Below, piece after piece: positions 8,458 through 15,655 of a DNA stretch of 32,000 nt. The stretch is from Fibrobacter succinogenes subsp. succinogenes S85 (lineage in GTDB: Bacteria > Fibrobacterota > Fibrobacteria > Fibrobacterales > Fibrobacteraceae). The position numbers and the translations under genes were made by a program. The stretch covers positions 390,001 to 422,000 of the forward strand of contig NC_017448.1 of assembly GCF_000146505.1 (NCBI RefSeq), read 5' to 3'. Position 1 is the stretch's first letter. Each line of letters begins with the position of its first letter. Under the pieces are notes generated by a model. It saw nothing but the letters and a program-made list of their open reading frames with translations, had not been told where the DNA came from and made no database searches.

Positions 8458-9583
8458 TGATTTTTTCTTCTACAAAGCACGGTGGGATTTTGAGTTTTAC
8501 GACTTGCGAAATCGGGAGGCCGCCATCATACACTGCGTCATGTTTGTCAAAACGAACGTTCGTATGCCTTGGCTCGATTTCTTCAGGATGATCCCCGTAC
8601 TTCACTTTTTTATTGTATTCTATACATTCATAACGGACAACGCCGCCTGTTGCAAGGTCTTTCGAGAACGTAATCTCGTTACAAAGATCTTTCTTTGCAT
8701 CCGACGCTCCGACAATATCGACAGAATCTTTAGCATTTCGCCCATTCTCCTTACAGACCATGCGGTAATCCCTTGTAAAAGTAAGATGAATCCAGACATA
8801 GTCGATAATATCTTGAGCGGTTTCTTCATTGCCGACATCCGTACGAACTTTCGGCGGCATCCATCCGTAATACAAAATGTCACGAAGCTCTTTATCAAAA
8901 GCCTTATTTTTCCATCCGTAATACAAAATATCACGAAGTTCTTTATCAAAAGCCTTATTTTTACTCTTACGAGACGCAGTACTCGCGGACGGTAAAAATA
9001 CAGAACCATCATCCTTATACGACAATGAGGCAAGACCAGATAAATTAAAAGTTTCCTTATAATAGCGATACAACAACCTTTTGAGTCGCCAACCCATAGA
9101 ATTATTCATTGCTCGGACAATTCCTGTTTTAAAAGCACGCATTTCTAGACCATCTCTAAGAGATTTTCCACTCTTAAGGAAAACCGAATCCACAAAAATT
9201 TTGACATTCAATTTCGGGAGAGATTTTTCATTTTCAAATTCATGGACAGTTCCACTTATAGGAATATCGCGTTCCTTAAAAAAATTCTTGATTGCAGCAG
9301 GCTTTTTCCATCGCCCAACGCCCTGCAACGAAAGCATAGCGCCATCATAATCCGAAGTTAAAAAATCGAGTACGCGCTCCTTGAATGTTTCCTTTCGAGG
9401 TTTCGCATAATAAAGCAAATGATCCACTAGCTTGCCATCTCGGTACAAATTGATAGATAGATTGGGTTCACCAACCCCGACCATTTCCCTACGCCACGAT
9501 TCGGCTTCAGGATATTCTTCATCAAAGGAAGAAAATTCAGCAAATTCCTCTATTTCGTCAGCGTTATTAGTTGCATAAACCAA
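8420..9583 (-). pseudogene. Q2 module without its own ATG or signal peptide. It is separated from P2 by a single in-frame TAA, so it is a disrupted fusion, or a fusion that needs readthrough.
   Basis: Same reading frame as 9587-10897. The minus strand reads ...TCC ATG AAT ATT TAT GGG GAA TAA GGC TTG GTT TAT GCA..., which aligns codon-for-codon with the intact fusion (SMNIYDKNGLSFAT). The listed start is TTG, and the first ATG is 34 codons in. It also carries a 51-bp in-frame tandem duplication and a 14-codon C-terminal extension past the family terminus CFVEE. Confidence 0.6.
8861..8962. repeat. 51-bp perfect-phase tandem duplication (2 copies) inside Q2
   Basis: Copy A is 8861-8911, ccatccgtaatacaaaatgtcacgaagctctttatcaaaagccttattttt. 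Copy B is 8912-8962 and is identical except g>a and c>t (49/51). It encodes KNKAFDKELRDILYYGW twice, and both differences are synonymous (GAC/GAT, GAG/GAA). Confidence 0.95.
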
Positions 9584-9586
9584 GCC

Positions 9587-10897
9587 TTATTCCCCATAAA
9601 TATTCATGGAATCCGAAAATGCCAAAGATTCCACCAAGCGATATGCTTTTCCAGGAATATACTTTGTATTCCGAGCAACATTTTTTAACTTTTGCATTCC
9701 ATAAGAGACAAGAGCGTAACCTCTAGAAGCCTTCAACATATTATTTGTGGTATCCACCTGCATACCGATAAAACCGGTATAAAGTTTCAATGGAATTATC
9801 TCCTGAAAGAATTCCCATCGGATATCTATAAAAGTAATCCCCCTAGGAACTTGTTTAAAATCTAATTTTTTATTCCAATCATTGCGTTTGATATATTTTT
9901 CCGTATCAGAATACAAATCTTTTGTATAAGGAAAGAATCTTGAAATCCAGCCACTAAAATCAGGAGTACCACAACCTTCGGGTTCGTAATACTTATAAAT
10001 ATTTTTCCAATGTTTTAGATTTATTTTGCCATCATAAATATTGATAAACTCATCTAAAATAGGATTAAGTCCATCCGCCCACCATTTCATATCCAACTGT
10101 GAAGCTAGTCTGTTAAAGGAATCCTTGAGTAAAGTCCAGTCCTCTTTTGTACCATTCACTTTTATTTTCGGAATTCCACAAAGCGTTGTAACCCTATACG
10201 AATAATATTCCGATGCCACAGCCATCGTCATCGTACGAGAAATATTTGCATCCACAGGGCTTGTCGTCGAAAATTTCGTTCGCAACGGAGCGCCCGTTTC
10301 TAGAGGCAACTTAGCCTGCAATGAATCAAACAGTTCCGAGAGCGTATAGAACCATTCCTTGTGCGTAGATTCTAGAGTCAACGAATTATCCATAACCGAG
10401 ACCACAGTATCAGTACCCGGAGCTACAAAGCGGTCCTTGAGGGCTTTGCGATTGTTCTTGACATGAAGACGAAAGCCGTCCAAAATCATAAGCCAGATAT
10501 CATCTGGATTTATTTCCATAGCATAATGCTTGGCGTATGCAAGGGCGACAAGATTAATGAAAGAAGGTTCTTCAGAAGAACCTTTAACAAACGGATTCAC
10601 AGAATCGGAATACGCATAAAAAATTTTTTGCCCGTTCGTCCCCTTTTTCTCCGCTTCGTTTGCAAAATACTCTACGAAGCCGCCTCTTTTTACATGGATG
10701 ATTTTTTCATTGAATACGCTATCGCGAACAGTCGTATCAATAACCAGCGCATAAGCACTTGTATCGCGAGCAAAGCCTTCAAAACTCTCGGTCGGTTTCG
10801 AAGAAATCTCAATCACCGGCTCATCACGTTTCTGTTCGCAAGAGAGCAGAGCGTATGCGGCAAGGAAGAGGAAAAGGAATTTGTAAAGGCTATGCAT
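9587..10897 (-). CDS. Lipoprotein, DUF4419-like module plus linker (P2), ending at a premature TAA relative to the fused paralog
   Basis: Lipobox AAYALLSC. The P module is highly similar to P1 and P3 (AMEINPDDIWLMILDGFRLHVKNNRKALKDRFV, CGIPKIKVNGTKEDWTLLKDSFNRL). It continues into the linker (KYIPGKAYRLVESLAFSDSMNIYGE) before the stop. Only 6 nt separate it from the stop of the upstream gene. Confidence 0.75.
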   Translation of the reverse strand: MHSLYKFLFLFLAAYALLSCEQKRDEPVIEISSKPTESFEGFARDTSAYALVIDTTVRDSVFNEKIIHVKRGGFVEYFANEAEKKGTNGQKIFYAYSDSVNPFVKGSSEEPSFINLVALAYAKHYAMEINPDDIWLMILDGFRLHVKNNRKALKDRFVAPGTDTVVSVMDNSLTLESTHKEWFYTLSELFDSLQAKLPLETGAPLRTKFSTTSPVDANISRTMTMAVASEYYSYRVTTLCGIPKIKVNGTKEDWTLLKDSFNRLASQLDMKWWADGLNPILDEFINIYDGKINLKHWKNIYKYYEPEGCGTPDFSGWISRFFPYTKDLYSDTEKYIKRNDWNKKLDFKQVPRGITFIDIRWEFFQEIIPLKLYTGFIGMQVDTTNNMLKASRGYALVSYGMQKLKNVARNTKYIPGKAYRLVESLAFSDSMNIYGE

Positions 10898-10903
10898 AAT
10901 CTA

Positions 10904-13321
10904 TCATTCTTCCACGAAACAAGCTGGAATTTTAAGCTTTACGACTTGCGATATCGGGAGGTTATAACGAGTATCATATACGTCGTTACGCTTGTTAAAA
11001 TACGCATTTGTATAAGTGGAACGAATTCTTTCACGAGGTTCCCCATACAAAGCGTTGAACCTAGCCATAAGAGAGTCTGCAAGTGTAGAATCTTTAGAGT
11101 TCAACATTTTTTCTCGTTTCTTAGGCACTATTATTTTATTGTATTCTAAACATTCATAGCGGACAACACCGCCTGTTGCAAGGTCTTTAGAGAACTTAAT
11201 TTCACTGCAAAGGCTCTTTTTTGCAGACGGAGCTCCAATGATATCGACTGAATCTTTGGCATCTTGCCCATTCTGCTTGCAAACCATGCGGTATTCCCTT
11301 GTAAACGCAAGATGGATTTTAACGAAATCAACAATTTCTTGTGCGATTTCATCATTGCCGATATCCGTATGAACTTCTGGAGGCATATAACCGTAATGTA
11401 ACACATCCCTCAATTCCTCTTTGAATTCTTTATTGGAATCAGGCTCCAAGGATAAGGATACATGCTCATCTACACGGCCTTTTTCTTTATAGCCCATCGC
11501 TGCTACTGCGGATAAATCAAAATTATCATTATAATAGCGATACAACAATCTCTTGAGGCGCCAGCCCATTGAGTTTTTAAAGGCTTGGATTATCCCTGTT
11601 TTAAATTCACCCATTTCAAGATCTTCTCTAAGAGATTTTCCCTCTTTTAAGACAACCGTATCCACAAGAATATCGATATTCAATTTCGGGAGGGATTGTT
11701 CATTTTCAAATTCCTTAACCACGCCATCAATAGCGACATTTCGTTCCTTAAAGAAGGATTCAATACGTTCCTTGTCATTTATTGCAACCACGCCCTGGAG
11801 GGTAAGAATCCCGCCAGCATTCTCTTCAGGCACAACGAAATATTGCAAGTGATCTAAGAGTTTTCCATCTTTGAACAGGTTGACCGACAAAATCGATTTA
11901 TACTTTTTTTCTATTCTGGACCGTATAGATGGTTCCATATATTCGTCTTTGTAGTTCGAAGCCTTTATAAAATTCTCAATTTCATTGCGGTCATGCGTCG
12001 CAAAAGAGAGGCCGTTTTTGTCATAGATATTCATTGAATCCGAGATGGCCAACATCTCTAGCATACGATGCGGTTTCCCAGGAATATAAGTCATTGTATC
12101 CGCAACATTCTTTATATCGCACCAGCCACATTGCGAACGCAAAGCGTACCCTCTAGCAGCCTTCAGCATTTTCGAAGTCGTATCCACCTGGATTCCGACA
12201 AATCCTGTATAAAGTTTCAAAGGAATTTCTTGACCCAAATAGTTCCATTTAACATCAACAGACGTAAGAGCATTCGGCAGGGTTTCGAAATCGACATCAT
12301 GTTCCCAATCTGTACGTTTTACAAACTCCATTTTATCAGAATATCCCATCAAGTACGGATAGAACTTGGAGAACCAGCCATTGAATTTAGGATTTCCACA
12401 TCCTTTGGGTTCGTATAGCTTATATATATTTTTCCAAAAAGCGATAGAACTATTTCCATCGAAAGCTTTAACAAATTCATCAAGAATCGGATTTAACTGT
12501 TGTAACCACCATTCCATATCAAGGCGAGTTGCAAGCTTATTAAAAGAATCCTTCAACAAGCTCCAATCCTCTTTTGTGCCATTAATCCTTATTTGGGGAA
12601 TACCGCAGAAAGTATAGGCAAAAAATGTATAATATTCAGACGCTATGGCCATGACCATAGAACGGGAAATATTGTAATCGACCGGGCTTGTGGTCGAAAA
12701 TTTCGTCCGCAACGGAGCACCCGTTTCTGGCGGCAACTTTTCTTGAAGATTATCGAAAAAATCTGCAATGACGCCAAACCATTCTTCGTGCGTAGATTCC
12801 ATAGTCAGGTGATTCGCAAAGACCTTAATGTCCGTATCGACATCAGGGCCAACAAAACGGTCTTTCAAAGAATCACTATTGCTCTTTACATGCAAGCGGA
12901 AACCATCTAAAATCAACAGCCAGATATCGTCTGGACTTATTTCCATGGCATAGTGTCTAGCATAGGCCAAAGCGACCAAATCTATAAAAGCCGATTTTTG
13001 GGAACGTCCCTTTACAAATGGACTTATAGAATCCGAATAGGCATAGAAGATTTTAGTTTCAGGGGAACCCTTTTGGTGAAAACTTGAAAAATACTCCGCA
13101 AAGCCCCCTTTCTCTACAGGGACAGTTTCTTCGCGGAAAGCGCTATCGTGAACGGACGTATCGACGACCATCGCGTAAGCACTCGTATCACGGACAAAGC
13201 CGTAAATCTTGTGTGAAGAATCCGGCGAAACGTCAATAGGCTTATTCACTTGCTTGCGTTCGCAAGAGAGCAGAACGCTTGTAGCAAGGAGGAGGTAAAA
13301 GAATTTGTAAAAGCTATGCAT
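10904..13321 (-). CDS. Fused two-module lipoprotein (P1-Q1): DUF4419-like N-half plus Q C-half, 805 aa
   Basis: Lipobox TSVLLSC. The N-half is paralogous to P2 and P3. The linker is NVADTMTYIPGKPHRMLEMLAISDSMNIYDKNGLSF. The C-half is paralogous to Q2 and Q3 and ends KIPACFVEE. It is a single uninterrupted ORF. Confidence 0.8.
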   Translation of the reverse strand: MHSFYKFFYLLLATSVLLSCERKQVNKPIDVSPDSSHKIYGFVRDTSAYAMVVDTSVHDSAFREETVPVEKGGFAEYFSSFHQKGSPETKIFYAYSDSISPFVKGRSQKSAFIDLVALAYARHYAMEISPDDIWLLILDGFRLHVKSNSDSLKDRFVGPDVDTDIKVFANHLTMESTHEEWFGVIADFFDNLQEKLPPETGAPLRTKFSTTSPVDYNISRSMVMAIASEYYTFFAYTFCGIPQIRINGTKEDWSLLKDSFNKLATRLDMEWWLQQLNPILDEFVKAFDGNSSIAFWKNIYKLYEPKGCGNPKFNGWFSKFYPYLMGYSDKMEFVKRTDWEHDVDFETLPNALTSVDVKWNYLGQEIPLKLYTGFVGIQVDTTSKMLKAARGYALRSQCGWCDIKNVADTMTYIPGKPHRMLEMLAISDSMNIYDKNGLSFATHDRNEIENFIKASNYKDEYMEPSIRSRIEKKYKSILSVNLFKDGKLLDHLQYFVVPEENAGGILTLQGVVAINDKERIESFFKERNVAIDGVVKEFENEQSLPKLNIDILVDTVVLKEGKSLREDLEMGEFKTGIIQAFKNSMGWRLKRLLYRYYNDNFDLSAVAAMGYKEKGRVDEHVSLSLEPDSNKEFKEELRDVLHYGYMPPEVHTDIGNDEIAQEIVDFVKIHLAFTREYRMVCKQNGQDAKDSVDIIGAPSAKKSLCSEIKFSKDLATGGVVRYECLEYNKIIVPKKREKMLNSKDSTLADSLMARFNALYGEPRERIRSTYTNAYFNKRNDVYDTRYNLPISQVVKLKIPACFVEE

Positions 13322-13436
13322 ACTAACAATATAAAAACATAGCTTTGCAGAGATTTTATAATAAAAAGTAAAATAATGTATATACGAGAAATTATGGATC
13401 CTTCGCGTTGCTCAGGATGACGGGACTGCAACGGGA

Positions 13437-13928
13437 TTACTTACCGCTCATAATGGCGGCGAGGTCGGCACCACTCAAATTCGTTTTTTCGCTTAAGGCG
13501 GCGACGATTGCGGTGAGCGACTTTTGGCAAGCCATCATGAGATTGTAAACTTGTTCGACAACGTTTGTTTCGGCAAGCTGGTAGTAATAGCAAGCAGCCT
13601 GGAAACTCTGGTAATCAGGGTCACTCCTGTAAAGCTCCATCGGGAGTTCTTTCATAACAGTGTCGAGATCGCAAGCGAAATTTTTACGGATCAAAAAGTC
13701 CGACATGTGGCCCGCAATAGCGATGTGAGCGGCACCATCGAGCGAGCTCCCGGGCATACGCGTGGCGCTCGGTTTTTCCTTGGAATTGTTGATTCTGACG
13801 TAATCAATCTGGCGCTTGAACAGGAATGCGATTAAAGCGTGGCCCGCCTCGTGGCGGCAGAGTTTTTCATATTCTTGTTCACCGAAAAATTCAATTAAGT
13901 TTTCGCGAGTTAATGTTTGTTCTGACAT
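13437..13928 (-). CDS. Stand-alone FtsH-type (peptidase M41-like) HEAGH metalloprotease domain protein, 163 aa, with no AAA+ or transmembrane part
   Basis: LCRHEAGHALIAFLF matches the FtsH zinc site (..YHEAGHA(L/I)..). The downstream IAIAGHMSDFLI and the C-terminal helical tail (...LTAIVAALSEKTNLSGADLAAIM) parallel the layout of the FtsH protease domain. Its start overlaps the upstream hydrolase gene by 19 nt. Confidence 0.65.
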   Translation of the reverse strand: MSEQTLTRENLIEFFGEQEYEKLCRHEAGHALIAFLFKRQIDYVRINNSKEKPSATRMPGSSLDGAAHIAIAGHMSDFLIRKNFACDLDTVMKELPMELYRSDPDYQSFQAACYYYQLAETNVVEQVYNLMMACQKSLTAIVAALSEKTNLSGADLAAIMSGK

Positions 13929-14518
13929 TTTTCAATCCACCTATCTAAAAAATCCATCCGTTCGTCGGTATGGAACCAATGTTCGCCGCCTTGCATAATC
14001 GTGAGCGATGCGCCCACTTTTTGTGCAAATTCGCGCATCGTTTCAAGGTCGGTCAAATTGTCATTGGAGCCGTACAAAATATGCGTCGGGATATTCCATT
14101 TGATGGGATTTTCTCGCACGTAGCAAAGGTATTTCCAAGAAAGCGTCTTGCCAAAGTTCGTCGCAATTTCACCTTTTTCGCGGAGTTCATCTTCGGAGAC
14201 ATTCGCCCAAAGCATCATATTGCAAATGAGCTTTTCCAAGTTCACCATCGGCGAAATGAAGAGCGCCTGCTTGATGCGTTTTTCGCCCAAAGCGTTCATC
14301 GAGAAGAACGCGCCAATGCTATTTGCAATAAGCATGACTTCATCGTAATTTGCGGCAACCGCGTCAAAGTAAGCCGAAAATTCCTGCTTGGCATCCCACG
14401 GGGTTTCAGCCTTGTAATCAAAACCGATGACATCAAAATCCGGGAAAAGGGTCTCGTAATGATTGGCCTCGTCGGCATAGCCGCCTTTCCCATGAATGTA
14501 AATAACAAGCTTTTTCAT
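13910..14518 (-). CDS. Small alpha/beta-fold hydrolase (about 200 aa)
   Basis: VIYIHGKGG (oxyanion region), nucleophile elbow IANSIGA (GxSxG-type variant), acid candidate in YGSNDNL, and His in GGEHWFH. The likely start is MKKLVIY at 14518; the ORF track begins at 14551. Confidence 0.7.
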   Translation of the reverse strand: MKKLVIYIHGKGGYADEANHYETLFPDFDVIGFDYKAETPWDAKQEFSAYFDAVAANYDEVMLIANSIGAFFSMNALGEKRIKQALFISPMVNLEKLICNMMLWANVSEDELREKGEIATNFGKTLSWKYLCYVRENPIKWNIPTHILYGSNDNLTDLETMREFAQKVGASLTIMQGGEHWFHTDERMDFLDRWIEKCQNKH

Positions 14519-14582
14519 TTCTTTTTCGCTTTTTCCGCCTAGAAAATACAAAAATCTACACCAATTGACTAGAGATTGGGAT

Positions 14583-15491
14583 TCACTTTACCAAAGCAAG
14601 CAACTGTTCCTTGGTCACAAGGTTCAGTACCGAAAACGCAGTCATTTTATAGCCTAAATCCATAATTGAAGCCCCAACATGATATACAGTTTCGTCAACG
14701 ATGATAAATCTGTCGTGAACTTCACGCATTGTCCGCAATTCAACAGTTGGAAACTGGCGATTTATACGATTAACTTCATCCTTCATCGCATGCGTAATTC
14801 GAGCAGAGTAAATGACGGCATTAACACCAGCAACACGTTTTGCAACAAGCGAAAGCGATGTATCATTAGCAAACGGATCTATGATTATGATTTCTTTTTT
14901 CGCGGAGCGAACTAATTGCACAGCAAATTCATAACCGCTCCAACGAGCATTAGCTGGTATAACGCCTTCACTAGGAGGAATATTTGCTTTGACAAAGAAG
15001 TCTACCTGCTTTTCAAGGTTAACGACACGAGAATCTAGATTCTCAATTTTATTTTCTTGAGAAATCAATCGTTGATTAACACTATATCCCTTAAGCAAAT
15101 GCTCCTTAAGAACTAGGTTCGCCCATCGACGGAATTCAATTCCTTTTTGAGTGTTTACACGAAATCCAACAGATATAATGAGATCCAAATTATAAAGCGC
15201 TACGGAACGTTTTACAACTCTATTTCCTTCCTTTTGAACTAGTTCCAAAATGGAACTAGTTGACATTTCATCCAATTCAAGAGATTCATAGATATTTTTC
15301 ACATGTTTGGTGATTGCTTGGCGATGAACATCAAACAACTCCGCCATCTGCGCTTGTGTCAACCATACGGTTTCGTTTTCTACGCGAAATTCAATGTGAA
15401 ATTCACCGCCCTCCGGCTGATAAACAATAATTTCGTCTTTCTCACCGTTATTATTTTTCTTGTCAATTAACGAAAAATTGTTCTTATTCAT
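14583..15491 (-). CDS. RhuM-like DNA-binding N-terminal domain fused through a coiled coil to a degenerate HKD/PLD-like C-terminal domain
   Basis: The N-half, IIVYQPEGGEFHIEFRVENETVWLTQAQMAELF...YNLDLIISVGFRVNTQKGIEFRRWANLVLKEHLLKGY, is the RhuM family pattern as I recall it. The C-half has IIIIDPF... and HDRFIIVDETVYHVGAS, which is H-x-R-x4-D-x6-G-A-S against the canonical PLD motif HxKx4Dx6GSxN. Confidence 0.75.
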   Translation of the reverse strand: MNKNNFSLIDKKNNNGEKDEIIVYQPEGGEFHIEFRVENETVWLTQAQMAELFDVHRQAITKHVKNIYESLELDEMSTSSILELVQKEGNRVVKRSVALYNLDLIISVGFRVNTQKGIEFRRWANLVLKEHLLKGYSVNQRLISQENKIENLDSRVVNLEKQVDFFVKANIPPSEGVIPANARWSGYEFAVQLVRSAKKEIIIIDPFANDTSLSLVAKRVAGVNAVIYSARITHAMKDEVNRINRQFPTVELRTMREVHDRFIIVDETVYHVGASIMDLGYKMTAFSVLNLVTKEQLLALVK

Positions 15492-15561
15492 AAAACCTCC
15501 AATCGCCTACAAGCTAAAAAGGCAACATAAAATTGTTCATGAATTAATATAGTCTTTTACG

Positions 15562-15578
15562 ATGTCATATTGTGACAT
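15562..15578. promoter_or_regulatory. Inverted repeat ATGTCA-N5-TGACAT upstream of the RhuM-like gene (candidate operator)
   Basis: ATGTCA (15562-15567), tattg, TGACAT (15573-15578). It lies 71-87 nt upstream of the start at 15491, in an AT-rich spacer. No functional evidence. Confidence 0.25.
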
Positions 15579-15591
15579 TATAGATTTTCAC

Positions 15592-15634
15592 AAAAAAAAA
15601 TCCGCCCCTGCGGTAAAGCAAGAAGCGGATTTTT
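15592..15634 (-). terminator. Intrinsic terminator of purL
   Basis: The minus strand after the purL stop reads AAAAATCCGC-(19 nt)-GCGGATTTTTTTTT. An inner alternative, CCGC-AGGG-GCGG, lies directly before the U-run. The arms are at 15596-15605 and 15625-15634, and the A9 run on the + strand is 15592-15600. Confidence 0.6.
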
Positions 15635-15655
15635 CAAGCGTGTAAGGCGCGGTTA

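Noticed and set aside
7329-11406. Same-strand +1-frame ORFs inside all three Q modules (7329-7814, 8620-9033, 11146-11406). All sit in the same relative frame and end at the homologous position (...NV*).
   Set aside because: Their similarity follows automatically from nucleotide homology of the paralogs. The products are R/K/L/S-rich, as expected when K/E/D-rich codons are read out of frame, and +1-frame stops require xTA/xTG codons, which are sparse here. I cannot exclude an overlapping gene. Synonymous-constraint analysis across homologs or ribosome profiling would decide it.
13385-13436. The hairpin CGTTGC-N16-GCAACG after the M41-like gene, as a terminator separating the cassette from the lipoprotein array.
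   Set aside because: It has a 6-bp stem with a 16-nt loop and no following U-run on the minus strand, which is too weak to call.
5944-15655. A mobile genetic element (IS, integrative island or prophage remnant) explaining the AT-rich block.
   Set aside because: I could not see a transposase, integrase, recombinase, terminal inverted repeats, flanking direct repeats or an adjacent tRNA. Only compositional and gene-content hints remain, and these are reported as a finding rather than as a mobile_element feature.
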